Origin: Candidatus Latescibacterota bacterium
GTDB taxonomy: Bacteria; Latescibacterota; UBA2968; UBA8231
Assembly: GCA_965223905.1 (NCBI GenBank)
Contig: CBDCXV010000010.1
Coordinates: 736,001 to 800,000 of the forward strand
DNA length: 64,000 nt
Direction of reading: 5' to 3'
The notes under the pieces are model-generated. The model searched no databases. It was not told the DNA's origin and saw only the letters and a program-made list of their open reading frames with translations. Positions 9,445-18,685 of the stretch are shown piece after piece; positions within the stretch are counted from its first letter, which is position 1, and each line of letters begins with the position of its first letter. Made by a program: the position numbers and the translations under genes.

Positions 9445-10911
9445 ATGTCCGATAGCGTACGCCACAACTGCGGTTTCTGCGTCGCCCACACCCTCCACGA
9501 CGTCTACTCTTTCATTCGCTCCCTCCAGCACCGGGGCCGGGAGGCCGCGGGCATCGCCGCGGTCGGCGAATCCAGCATCGATGTCATCAAGTGGGAAGGG
9601 CCGGTCGATCGTTTCGACGTCACCGATCTGCACAAGATCTTCCCCAGCCCGCGCTACCACACCTACATGGCCCACATCCGCTACGCCACCAGCGGGCGCA
9701 AGGACGAGATCCTCAAGGACGCGCATCCCCACACCCTCGGCGGCTTCACCGAAGATCGCGGTACTCACCTGTTGATACGGGGCTGTGAGATCGTCGCCGT
9801 GCACAACGGCCAGGTCGAAGAGCGCTATTTCTCGGAAATCGACCCTGCGGCAATGAAATCGCAGTGCGACACGGAAGCCCTGCTGTATATATACCGCCGC
9901 GATGGCGAGCAAAGCATGCTGAAGGAGGTCCCGGGGGCTTACACCATGGCGCTGGCGGACTGGCGCAAGCGGGACGTGCTGGTGATGAGGGATCGCACCG
10001 GCATCAAACCCGGGGTGCTGGGATGGAAGGACGGCAAGTACGGCGTCGCCTCCGAGGACATCGCCTTTCGCAAGAACGGCGGGGAATACATAGAGGACCT
10101 CGAGCCGGGCTCGGTCTACTACCTGACACCCGAAGGGGACTACAGCAAGGAAACCCTCGTCGAATCGAGCCCGGCCTACTGTTTCTTCGAGTGGAACTAC
10201 ATCGTAAACGTCGACTCGATCATCAACCACGTCAGCGCCCGCAAGATCCGCGAGTCCCTCGGGGAAATGCTTGCCGAGGAGTTCCATCCCGAGGATGCCG
10301 ACTTCGTCACCTTCCTGCCCCGATGCCCCGAGGTCGCGGCGCGCAGCTACGCCAAGAAGGTGGGGCTGCCGTTCCGGCACGTTTTCTACAAGATGCGAGG
10401 GGAACGCTCTTTCCAGGGTTCGACCGCGGACGACCGCAGGAAGTCGATCGACGACAACCTTCACCTGCTCCCCGGCCTCAAGCCGCAGCTGCAGGGGAAG
10501 ACTGTCGTCATGATCGACGACAGCATAATACGGGGCAACAACTCGATTCGCGCCCGGCAGCTCCTCTACGGGGACCTGGGAGTAAAAAAGGCGTATCTCG
10601 TAAGCTACACCCCGCCCATCGGGATTACGGGAGAGGACGACGTCGGCCGGGGTTGCATGTTCGGGGTGGACATGCCGCCGGATCCGCCCAAAGGAGAGGA
10701 GTTCATCGCCAGGGGGCGAACCCGGGAGCAGATCAGCGACAAGATGGGGATGCCGGTGGTCTACCTGTCACCGGAAAGCATGCTGGCGGCCTTCCGTCAG
10801 GCCGGTATTCCGGAGACGAACCTGTGCACCTTCTGCATCGGGGGATGTCACCCCTTCGCCAAGCTCGCCCTGGAAGCAGAGACGGGCGACGGTCAGCTCG
10901 GCCTGCTGTAG
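9445..10911 (+). CDS. purF: Amidophosphoribosyltransferase-like protein (divergent PurF, Fe-S type)
   Basis: Short propeptide then CG; LQHRG, HIRYATSG, HNG, CFFEWNY, IDDSIIRG PRPP loop, CMFGVDMP, CTFC. Confidence 0.75.
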   Translation: MSDSVRHNCGFCVAHTLHDVYSFIRSLQHRGREAAGIAAVGESSIDVIKWEGPVDRFDVTDLHKIFPSPRYHTYMAHIRYATSGRKDEILKDAHPHTLGGFTEDRGTHLLIRGCEIVAVHNGQVEERYFSEIDPAAMKSQCDTEALLYIYRRDGEQSMLKEVPGAYTMALADWRKRDVLVMRDRTGIKPGVLGWKDGKYGVASEDIAFRKNGGEYIEDLEPGSVYYLTPEGDYSKETLVESSPAYCFFEWNYIVNVDSIINHVSARKIRESLGEMLAEEFHPEDADFVTFLPRCPEVAARSYAKKVGLPFRHVFYKMRGERSFQGSTADDRRKSIDDNLHLLPGLKPQLQGKTVVMIDDSIIRGNNSIRARQLLYGDLGVKKAYLVSYTPPIGITGEDDVGRGCMFGVDMPPDPPKGEEFIARGRTREQISDKMGMPVVYLSPESMLAAFRQAGIPETNLCTFCIGGCHPFAKLALEAETGDGQLGLL

Positions 10912-10925
10912 CGCCTGCATCCTTC

Positions 10926-10945
10926 AGGCGGGGGTCCCCCTGCCT
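10926..10945. terminator. Hairpin between convergent genes, possible terminator
   Basis: AGGCGGGG-gt-CCCCCTGCCT self-complementary segment between the purF-like stop and the selenoprotein stop. Confidence 0.4.
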
Positions 10946-11171
10946 ACAAGTGCGCCTTGATCTCGTCGTGCTCCGGGAAGCGGTTCTCGGCGAGCTTTGA
11001 GAATACGAGCACGCCGTCGACCGTCACCTCGAAACGGCCGCCGTCGGACGGCAGGATCACCAGCTGGGACAGGTCCATTTTCCGATCTTCGAGAATATCT
11101 TCCGCCAAACTGACGGCTGTCTTCAGATACCCTCAGGAAGTGCAGTACTGAATCGATACTTCCCTGGCCAC
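10944..11171 (-). CDS. SelW/SelT/SelH (Rdx family) selenoprotein, 75 aa, UGA read as Sec at codon 13
   Basis: AAGGAGG RBS, GTG start; translation MAREVSIQYCTS(U)GYLKTAVSLAEDILEDRKMDLSQLVILPSDGGRFEVTVDGVLVFSKLAENRFPEHDEIKAHL has CxxU, GG.FEV.VDG and FSK...RFP Rdx signatures. Confidence 0.92.
11093..11132 (-). promoter_or_regulatory. Bacterial SECIS-like stem-loop directly 3' of the Sec UGA
   Basis: After TGA: GGG TATCT gaagacag CCGTCA-GTT-TGGCGG a AGATA TTC; lower stem TATCT/AGATA and upper 6-bp stem with a G-first apical loop about 22 nt from the UGA. Confidence 0.7.
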
Positions 11172-11228
11172 GATTTTCCTCCTTCGTGTTGGCGAGCTCA
11201 ACTGCGACGATGCCGGTTTTGAACCTAA

Positions 11229-12287
11229 TCAGCTTCCCCTACCTGTGCCAACCGTCCGGGATTCGTATTCAAACGAGCTCAACAGCACCCGCACCGCCTC
11301 GCCCATTGTGGCGATGTCGTACCCCCCTTCCTGAACGAACAACGCCGGCCTGCCGAAATCTGCGAGGGTTTTTCCGACCGCTGAAAACCCGTCGAGGGTG
11401 AGCTCGAAGTCTCCCAGCGGGTCGTTCGCGGAGGTGTCCACTCCCAGCGAGACGACGATTTGCGATGGGGAGAACCGGTTGAGGTAGTCGAGCGCGCGCC
11501 GGAGCTCCTCGCAGTACTGCCTGTCGCCGGTGCCGGCGGGCAGGGGAAAATTGCGATTGCCCCCGGCTCCCGGCCCGGCGCCGGTTTCCTCGGGATACCC
11601 CCAGAAGAACGGGTAGGCCCGGTTCGGGTCGGCGTGCAGGGAGGCGGTCATGACCTCCTCCGATTCGTAGAAAATCTCCTGAGTGCCATTGCCGTGGTGG
11701 TAGTCGATGTCGAGGATGACCAGCGACTTGCCCGAGACCCTGGCAAGCAGCGAGGCAGCCGCGGCGGCGTTGTTCAAATAGCAGTACCCCCCGTATGCGG
11801 ACCGCGAGGCGTGGTGCCCCGGGGGGCGGCAGAGGGCGTAAGCGGATCGCTTTCCCCGGAGGAGCAGGCTGGCAGCGGTGAGAGCGCAGCCGGCCGAGAT
11901 GAAAGCTGCGTCGCGAGTGCCGGCTGTTATCGGGGTCTGGGCGTCGAAACAGTAAAAACCAGTCTGAGCAAGCAGATCCTCGGGTAGCGTCGCCTGCGGA
12001 TGCAGGGCGAACGAATCGGGGATGACCCCTGCCTCCGGCCTCCCCGCTTCCACCCAGCGGGGATAGATCGCATCGAGAAAACCGAGGTACCCGGGATCGT
12101 GGATCGCGGCCAGCAACCCGGGTTCGAACCCCTCCGGTTCCGCAAAACGAAAGCGCGGGTCTGCCGCCAGGGCGCGACGGATCGCTTCGGCGCGACCGGG
12201 AGCCTCTGAATACGGATACATCCCGTCCGCGGCGAATTCGAACGGCGGGTCGTGGCCGCGGTGGCTGTCGCTGAAGATGACGTCCAA
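11229..12287 (-). CDS. Histone deacetylase family / acetylpolyamine amidohydrolase
   Basis: RPPGHHA, GGYCYLNNAA, LDIDYHHGNGTQ, SLGVD, VQEGGY motifs. Confidence 0.92.
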   Translation of the reverse strand: MDVIFSDSHRGHDPPFEFAADGMYPYSEAPGRAEAIRRALAADPRFRFAEPEGFEPGLLAAIHDPGYLGFLDAIYPRWVEAGRPEAGVIPDSFALHPQATLPEDLLAQTGFYCFDAQTPITAGTRDAAFISAGCALTAASLLLRGKRSAYALCRPPGHHASRSAYGGYCYLNNAAAAASLLARVSGKSLVILDIDYHHGNGTQEIFYESEEVMTASLHADPNRAYPFFWGYPEETGAGPGAGGNRNFPLPAGTGDRQYCEELRRALDYLNRFSPSQIVVSLGVDTSANDPLGDFELTLDGFSAVGKTLADFGRPALFVQEGGYDIATMGEAVRVLLSSFEYESRTVGTGRGS

Positions 12288-12355
12288 AGCCTGAGGGCCT
12301 TCCGGTAAGACCGGGAACCTGCCGCCGGAAGCGGCGCCAGCATCGGTAAGGCCGG

Positions 12356-13210
12356 TCAGCAGGTGGCGCCGCGGACGTCGCCACCGAAGACAGTCATCCG
12401 GTCTTCGGTGGTGGTCTCGGCGACACCGCGCGGCCTGAAATGCAGTTGCAACGCCCTTCGCCTAAGGCCGGATCGATTCCTGGGACTGCCGTGGTGGGTC
12501 ATGCCGTGCCAGAAGAGGACGCCGCCGGGTTTCAGGGGCACGGCGACGTCGCGCTCGACCGCCACATCGGAATCGCATATCTGCCAGTCGCGGCCCTTGA
12601 AGTGATTGATCGGGCCCTCGCGGTGCGATCCGGGAATGACGTGCAGAGCGCCGTTGGCGATGGTCGCCTCGTCGAGGGCGATCCAGACCCCGACAACCGG
12701 CGTCCCGAGGGGAAGGTTGAAGTAGGCACAGTCCTGGTGCCACGGCTTTTCCCGCCCGATATGCGGAGGTTTCAGCAGGGCCATCTCCTGGAAACGCTCC
12801 GGCTCGCCCCCCACAAGCCTGCGCACCACGTCGAGAATCGGGAGGTACTCGGCCAGGGCCAGCAGGCGCCGGTCGTAGGCGACATAGCTCATCAACTTGC
12901 GGACGCCGAGACGGCGCTGCTCCCGGCTCAGCTTCTTCTTGTCCCCCAGGCCGGCCTCGAACTGCAAGCCGCGAAAGTCGGAACGCCGCCCCTCGATCAA
13001 GTCGTCGATGGCGGTGCGGGCCGCAACGGTCATCTCTTCGGGGAATGCGCGCGCCACCGCGAGGTACCCGTATGTCTCGAAGAACCGGCAAGCTTCGGCG
13101 CCGACATCGCAGATATCGTCCGCGATTTCGGCAACCCGCGTTCCGGTGTAAAGGCCGGGATCGTGGTCCCGTATGTCAGACTCCCGCGGGAGTGCTGCCG
13201 CTTCTGTCAT
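12356..13210 (-). CDS. Phytanoyl-CoA dioxygenase (PhyH) family Fe/2OG enzyme
   Basis: WHQD, WIALD.AT..NG.L.VIPGSH, H(G)S..N.S...RR motifs. Confidence 0.9.
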   Translation of the reverse strand: MTEAAALPRESDIRDHDPGLYTGTRVAEIADDICDVGAEACRFFETYGYLAVARAFPEEMTVAARTAIDDLIEGRRSDFRGLQFEAGLGDKKKLSREQRRLGVRKLMSYVAYDRRLLALAEYLPILDVVRRLVGGEPERFQEMALLKPPHIGREKPWHQDCAYFNLPLGTPVVGVWIALDEATIANGALHVIPGSHREGPINHFKGRDWQICDSDVAVERDVAVPLKPGGVLFWHGMTHHGSPRNRSGLRRRALQLHFRPRGVAETTTEDRMTVFGGDVRGATC

Positions 13211-13224
13211 CCGGAATTCCCGGT

Positions 13225-13461
13225 TCAGCCGGCCCCCCGGTCCCCGGCCGGAGACTCCCTCGCTTCGGGATCCCTGTAGAGGATGGCCCAGGGGATGACG
13301 ACGCAGTAGCCGAGAACCAGCAGGATGGGGGCCATCGTCAGGGAGAGGAACCCGTCGGCTGGCGGAATGCTCAGCAGTCCATACCCGGCGGCGATGACGG
13401 CCACCCCGCCGCCGAGGATGATCCAGTTCCGGTTCGTAAACGGCAGGTCGCGCCGAGCCAT
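13225..13461 (-). CDS. Small two-TM membrane protein (DUF3098-like)
   Basis: LPFT.RNW.ILG.G..VI..GY and SLT.APILLV.GY pattern. Confidence 0.7.
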   Translation of the reverse strand: MARRDLPFTNRNWIILGGGVAVIAAGYGLLSIPPADGFLSLTMAPILLVLGYCVVIPWAILYRDPEARESPAGDRGAG

Positions 13462-13468
13462 GGGTGTG

Positions 13469-13816
13469 CTACCTCTTTTCCTTGATCCGTGCGGAACGAC
13501 CTTTGCGGGCGCGAAGATAGAACAGGCGGGCTCGCCTGACCTTGCCCCTGCGGATCGGTTCGATCCTCGCGATCCTCGGAGAATGCAGCGGAAAGATCCG
13601 TTCCACGGCGACGCCCTGGGTTACCTTGCGCACCGTGAAGGTCTCGTTGACTCCTCCGCCGCGACGCTGAATGACGTCTCCCTCGAAAACCTGGGTACGC
13701 TCCTTCTCCCCCTCGATCACGCGCACGTGAACCCGGAGGGTGTCTCCGGGGCCGAAGTCGGGAATATCCGTCCTCAGCTGCGAGGCAGTGATTTCGCGCA
13801 GCATGTTCATGTCCAT
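13469..13816 (-). CDS. rplS: 50S ribosomal protein L19
   Basis: [43 protein letters not shown]. Confidence 0.98.
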   Translation of the reverse strand: MDMNMLREITASQLRTDIPDFGPGDTLRVHVRVIEGEKERTQVFEGDVIQRRGGGVNETFTVRKVTQGVAVERIFPLHSPRIARIEPIRRGKVRRARLFYLRARKGRSARIKEKR

Positions 13817-13862
13817 GGCGATCCTGCTACTCCTTTCGATGAAAACCAAACGGGCTGCAAAT

Positions 13863-14636
13863 TCATTTGTCGATCCGCTTCTGCCCGGGTAACGCGGCAG
13901 GAGTCGAATCGCGCGATTCCTCCCGCCGCCACTCGTCGATCAACCTCCGTTCCTCCGGGTCCAGCTCGGCCCTGGCGAGGATTTCGGGACGGCGGTCGAA
14001 GGTGCGCCTCAGGGACTGCCGGCGCCTCCATTCCACGACCTTTTCGTGATTGCCGCTCAGCAGCACGGGGGGAACCCCGACGCCGCGGAACTCCGCCGGC
14101 CGAGTGTACCAGGGGCAGTCGAGAAGCCCGTCGTGGAACGAATCGGAAAGGGCGGACGTGAAGTTTCCGAGCACCCCCGGGATCAAGCGCACGACGGTGT
14201 CGATCAACACCAGGGCAGCCGGTTCTCCGCCGGTGAGAACGTAGTCTCCGATCGACACTTCTCGATCGACGAACCGCCGCGCTCTCTCGTCGATACCCTT
14301 GTAGTGGCCGCACAGGAGCACGAGCTGCAATTCCAGGGACAGTAGCTCTGCCAGCGGTTGATTCAACGGCTCACCGTCAGCGGTGAGGTAGACACAGTGA
14401 CCGCGCGCCAAGTCGAGGAATTCCCACGCCGCGGCGACGGGCTCCGGTTTCATCACCATGCCGCCGCCTCCGCCGAAGGGGGTATCATCGACCGTCCTGT
14501 GGCGGTCGGCGGCGTATTGCCGCAAGTCGTGCACGCGGATCTCCGCATGCCCCGCGGCGACGGCCCGCTGCAGCATGCTCGTCTCCAGGGGGGTCCTGAA
14601 GAACTCGGGGAAAATCGTTACGACGTCGATTCTCAT
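13863..14636 (-). CDS. trmD: tRNA (guanine-N1)-methyltransferase
   Basis: [50 protein letters not shown]; true start 14636. Confidence 0.97.
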   Translation of the reverse strand: MRIDVVTIFPEFFRTPLETSMLQRAVAAGHAEIRVHDLRQYAADRHRTVDDTPFGGGGGMVMKPEPVAAAWEFLDLARGHCVYLTADGEPLNQPLAELLSLELQLVLLCGHYKGIDERARRFVDREVSIGDYVLTGGEPAALVLIDTVVRLIPGVLGNFTSALSDSFHDGLLDCPWYTRPAEFRGVGVPPVLLSGNHEKVVEWRRRQSLRRTFDRRPEILARAELDPEERRLIDEWRREESRDSTPAALPGQKRIDK

Positions 14637-15301
14637 TTTCTGTCGCGCCCGGTTCTGACCAGTGTCCCGAGTGGCACCAACTCCTCGACGCCGGTTACCA
14701 CCACGCGATGTTCCGCCAGCAGCACCTGGAGGACGAAATCCCCCACCAGGGGAATCAGGACTTCTCGCTGACCATTGCGGACCACCAACAAGTCGGCTGT
14801 GGGCATCTCCTGCACACCCACCACCTCCCCAAGCCCATTGCCGCCTTCGTCTTCGACGCGACACCCGACGAGATCGAACACGTAAATGGTTCCCTCCGGC
14901 GGCTCCGGAACCTCGTCGCGCGGGATGGTCAGATAACCTTTGGCGACTTCCTCGGCTACCGTTTCGGGACTGTCGATGCCGGTGAACTTCATCAGAATTC
15001 CACGCCCATCGAGCCGCCATCCGGCAATTCGCAGTCGCTTCGGAGGCTGTCCGGAACGCTCCAAAATGACCTCTTCGACGTCGTCGAAACGACCGACATC
15101 TCCCGTCAGGGGCTCGACAACGGCCTCGCCGCGAACTCCTTTCGGACGCACCACGTACCCGATCGCAATGCGCTCATGCCCGTCTCCTCCCGTTTCCTCC
15201 CCTTCCCTGCCTTTCCCGTTCTTCGCGGTGGCCGCTCTTTGCGCCCGCCGCGGGGCCGATACCGCAGCCGGATCGTCAACCCGCATCTTCAGCCGGTCCA
15301 C
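14633..15301 (-). CDS. rimM: Ribosome maturation factor RimM (start uncertain, possible N-terminal extension)
   Basis: IG.VV.P.GVRGE, PRC-barrel (Y..DLVGC.V, LIP.V..FV); lies between rpsP and trmD with ATGA overlap. Confidence 0.92.
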   Translation of the reverse strand: MDRLKMRVDDPAAVSAPRRAQRAATAKNGKGREGEETGGDGHERIAIGYVVRPKGVRGEAVVEPLTGDVGRFDDVEEVILERSGQPPKRLRIAGWRLDGRGILMKFTGIDSPETVAEEVAKGYLTIPRDEVPEPPEGTIYVFDLVGCRVEDEGGNGLGEVVGVQEMPTADLLVVRNGQREVLIPLVGDFVLQVLLAEHRVVVTGVEELVPLGTLVRTGRDRK

Positions 15302-15345
15302 CCGCGGGAACCCCCACGCAACTCACCCCTGCGGAACCCGTCGCC

Positions 15346-15726
15346 TTATTCGGCGCCGTCCGCCTCCTCCTGTCCAGCCTCACCCTCCGCAGCCGCCACG
15401 GTCTGCTCTGCCCGCGCCAGATTCCGGCGCCGCTTCGGTTTGTCCCTGGTAAGGGCCCCTTCCCGAGCCAATCCTTCGAAACCGCGAAAACGTGCGAGTA
15501 TTCCCTGGCTTTTCAACAGATCCTGGACGGTTTTCGTCATCTGTGCGCCCTGTTTGAGCCATTTGACGGTCGCTTCTTCGTCAATCTCGACGCGGGCGTG
15601 AACGGGATCGTACGTGCCCACCTGCGACAAAGAGCGGCCCCCGCGCGCCAGGGTCGAATGCATGGCCACGATTCTGTAAAAGGGCCGCCCCTTGCGACCT
15701 GTTCTCTTCAAACGAAGCTTGACCAA
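15346..15726 (-). CDS. rpsP: 30S ribosomal protein S16
   Basis: AAAGGAG RBS + TTG start; VKLRLKR.G.K.RPFYRIVA, G.YDP, WL..GAQ.T.TV. Confidence 0.97.
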   Translation of the reverse strand: MVKLRLKRTGRKGRPFYRIVAMHSTLARGGRSLSQVGTYDPVHARVEIDEEATVKWLKQGAQMTKTVQDLLKSQGILARFRGFEGLAREGALTRDKPKRRRNLARAEQTVAAAEGEAGQEEADGAE

Positions 15727-15790
15727 ACGGATCTCCTTTTCTGCGATGGTGCGCCGTTCGCAAGGGGAGCGGCGCGGCGAAGTGTAGTCA

Positions 15791-17137
15791 TCATCCAAAC
15801 GCTGCGGGCAACTGAAATCTGGCGGCAGCGCCCCGGCCGCGACCGGGGCGGTTCACCTGCCTCATCATTTTCTGCATCGCCTGGAACTGTTTGAGAAGCC
15901 GGTTGACGTCCTGGATCTTCGTGCCGCTGCCGCGCGCGATGCGCCGCCGCCGGCTGCCGTTCAGAATCTGCGGCTGCACCCGTTCGGCCTTGGTCATCGA
16001 GTTGATGATCGCCTCGACCTGAACGAATGCCTTGTCGTCCACTTGCGCCTCCCTGAGGGCCTTGCCGGCACCGGGAATCATTCCCAGCAGCTGGTCGAGA
16101 GGGCCCATTTTCCGTATCGCCCGCAGCTGCTCGCGGAAGTCGTCGAAGGTGAAGGCATTCTGCCGGAGCCTGGCCTCCATCTTCCGCGCCTGGCCCTGAT
16201 CGAAGGCCTGCTGCGCCTTTTCGACCAGGGAAACCACATCTCCCATGCCCAGGATCCGGGACGCCACGCGCTGCGGATGGAACGGCTCCAGTGACTCGAC
16301 CCCCTCGCCCGCAGCGATGAATTTGACCGGCCGCCCGGTGACCTCGCGAATCGACAAGGCGGCGCCGCCACGCGCGTCGCCGTCCATCTTGGTGAGAATA
16401 CATCCGGTGAACTCCAGGCGTTCGCAGAACCTCCCCGCCGTCTCGACGGCGTCCTGCCCGAGCATGGCGTCGGCGACGAAAAGGACCTCATCCGGTTCGG
16501 TGGCGGACCGGACCGCCGTCAGTTCATCCATCATCTCGTCGTCGATGGCGAGACGCCCGGCGGTGTCGAGGATTACGGCGCTGCGGTTGCCTGACCGCGC
16601 CCTTTCCACTCCCTGCCGGCAGATCTCCACCGGATCCCCGTTTCCTTCGGAGGGACCGCCGAACGCCGGCACCGAGAGCCCGTCGGCGAGGGTGCGCAAC
16701 TGGTCGAACGCCGCTGGCCTGTACACGTCGGCGCCGACGAGAAAGGGAGGCCGGTTCCTTCCCTGCAGATGGGACGCCAGCTTTGCCGCCGCGGTCGTCT
16801 TGCCACATCCCTGCAGGCCGACCAGCAGGATCACCGTCGGCGGCCGCTCCGCCTGAGCGAGGGGGGAGCTGTCACCTCCCAGCAGGGACACGAGCTCGTC
16901 GTGAACGATCTTGATCACCTGCTGGCCCGGGGTCAGACTGCGCAACACCTCGCGGCCGACCGCCTGCTCTCGGACCCGTTTCAGAAAGCTCCTGGCGACG
17001 TCGAAATTGACGTCCGCCTCGAGCAGGGCGCGGCGGATTTCGCGCAGGGAGTCGTCGAGATCGCGGTCGCTGAGGCGCCCCTGTCCCCGCAGCTTGCGAA
17101 AGGCGTCGTCCAGACGCTCTGTCAAGCGATCGAACAT
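15791..17137 (-). CDS. ffh: Signal recognition particle protein
   Basis: MFDRL..RL, ALLEADV, GLQGCGKTT, DTAGR, TKMDGDARGGAALS, RILGMGD, M domain. Confidence 0.98.
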   Translation of the reverse strand: MFDRLTERLDDAFRKLRGQGRLSDRDLDDSLREIRRALLEADVNFDVARSFLKRVREQAVGREVLRSLTPGQQVIKIVHDELVSLLGGDSSPLAQAERPPTVILLVGLQGCGKTTAAAKLASHLQGRNRPPFLVGADVYRPAAFDQLRTLADGLSVPAFGGPSEGNGDPVEICRQGVERARSGNRSAVILDTAGRLAIDDEMMDELTAVRSATEPDEVLFVADAMLGQDAVETAGRFCERLEFTGCILTKMDGDARGGAALSIREVTGRPVKFIAAGEGVESLEPFHPQRVASRILGMGDVVSLVEKAQQAFDQGQARKMEARLRQNAFTFDDFREQLRAIRKMGPLDQLLGMIPGAGKALREAQVDDKAFVQVEAIINSMTKAERVQPQILNGSRRRRIARGSGTKIQDVNRLLKQFQAMQKMMRQVNRPGRGRGAAARFQLPAAFG

Positions 17138-17244
17138 CGACCCAACCGGTCCGGAAGAGGGAAAAACGAACTGACAAAAGTAGCTGAATATACGAGCACC
17201 GAAGACAACCGGCAATTTGAAGGCCGCCGGGGCCGGGCCGGAGG

Positions 17245-17940
17245 TCAGCCGCTTCCGCGGATTGCGCGGATGGCGGCAGCGGCGTCGTCAGCCCCGAATA
17301 CCGAGGAGCCTGCGACGAGGAGGCTGACCCCGGCATCGCGGCACTCCGCGGCGTTCTGCGGGGAGATGCCCCCGTCCATTTCGATCGGAACCTTCAGGCT
17401 GCGGGCATGCATCCAGGAGGAAAGGTCCCGGGCCTTGGAGAGGACTTCCCCTCGAAAGGACTGGCCGCCGAAACCGGGCTCGACCGACATGATCAGGACG
17501 AGATCGACGTCGGGAAGGAACGGCAGGAGCCCCTCGACCGGAGTGCGGGGGTTGACGGCGACTCCACAGCCGAGTCCCAGTTCCCTGATGCCGCCGATCA
17601 GCTCGGCAGGGTCCGGTGCCACTTCGAGGTGGACGGTAAGCGAATCGGCTCCTGCGTCCCGGAACGGTTTGAGGTACTGCCCCGGGGCGCTCAGCATCAA
17701 GTGGGTGTCGAGCTCGAGGCCGGTGGCTCGCCGAACTGCTTCGACCACCGGGATCCCGTAGCTCAGGTTGGGCACGAAATGGCCGTCCATGATGTCGAGA
17801 TGGAGAAAATCCGCGCCGCCGTCCTCCACTCTGCGGATGTCGTCCCCCAACCGGGAGAAATCAGCGGCCAACAGCGATGGGCCCACCTTGACTTCCGCGG
17901 CCTTCACGGCCCCTTTCGCTTTCAGGTCACGGAGTCTCAC
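17245..17940 (-). CDS. rpe: Ribulose-phosphate 3-epimerase
   Basis: PSLLAADF, HLDIMDGHFVPN, DTHLM, MSVEPGFGGQ, DGGI. Confidence 0.97.
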   Translation of the reverse strand: MRLRDLKAKGAVKAAEVKVGPSLLAADFSRLGDDIRRVEDGGADFLHLDIMDGHFVPNLSYGIPVVEAVRRATGLELDTHLMLSAPGQYLKPFRDAGADSLTVHLEVAPDPAELIGGIRELGLGCGVAVNPRTPVEGLLPFLPDVDLVLIMSVEPGFGGQSFRGEVLSKARDLSSWMHARSLKVPIEMDGGISPQNAAECRDAGVSLLVAGSSVFGADDAAAAIRAIRGSG

Positions 17941-18677
17941 TGCGGTCCTCCCCCGGAAGTTGCTACGGCGCTGACAATCAGCTCGACCGGAGTATTCCGG
18001 GCGACGCGGTCCCCGGCTGCGGGCCGCTGGCCGAGAACGATTCCGGGCCGTGAGACGTTGCCGGGGCGCTTGATGACCGCCCCCATGCTCATCTCGTACT
18101 TGCGGAGGGTGTCTCCTGCGGCGGCGACCGACAGCCCCTCGAGGTCGGGCACCCGCTGGAGTGCTGATGGAGAGCCGCTGCTGATCTCCAGGTAGAGCCG
18201 GCCTCCACGGGGGAGGCTGGTGCCCGCAGGCGGTTCCTGGCGCACCACGACCCCTCGCGGGACCTCCCTGGACGAGACGTACACCCAGTCACCCAGTCGC
18301 AGCTGGTGACCGGCAATCTGCAGACGGGCATCTCGAATGCTGCCTCCGGTGACGTTCGGCACTTCGTGGAGCCGCGGACCGCGGCTCAGATCGACGAACA
18401 CGCGGCGTCCTTTTTTGATCAGCTCTCCCGGGTCGGGGGACTGCTCGACGACGTGTCCGCGGGAGACGGCCTCGCTGAATACACTGTCGCGCACGGCCAT
18501 TCGCAGGCCCTCGCTCTGAAGGCGCATGGCGGCCTGGCGGGAAGACCGGCTGTCGACATCCGGCACACTGACCCGCTTCACGGTTACCACGTAAGGCATG
18601 ACGACACCGTCGAGGAGCAGAAAAAACAGAACCAATGAGGCGGCTGCAGTCGCCGCTATCAGAAAAATTTTGCGCAA
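17937..18677 (-). CDS. Membrane-anchored triple-PASTA-domain protein
   Basis: N-terminal TM then three VP.V.G...Q.P..G repeats. Confidence 0.88.
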   Translation of the reverse strand: MRKIFLIAATAAASLVLFFLLLDGVVMPYVVTVKRVSVPDVDSRSSRQAAMRLQSEGLRMAVRDSVFSEAVSRGHVVEQSPDPGELIKKGRRVFVDLSRGPRLHEVPNVTGGSIRDARLQIAGHQLRLGDWVYVSSREVPRGVVVRQEPPAGTSLPRGGRLYLEISSGSPSALQRVPDLEGLSVAAAGDTLRKYEMSMGAVIKRPGNVSRPGIVLGQRPAAGDRVARNTPVELIVSAVATSGGGPQ

Positions 18678-18685
18678 GAGACCTT

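Noticed and set aside
10957-11151. 64-aa plus-strand ORF
   Set aside because: It is the antisense of the selenoprotein gene, which has the RBS and family motifs.
13863-15020. N-terminally extended ORF-track versions of trmD (also rpsP, ffh, dppA, DprE1-like, recD2)
   Set aside because: Extensions overlap neighbouring genes; homology and RBS positions point to later starts.
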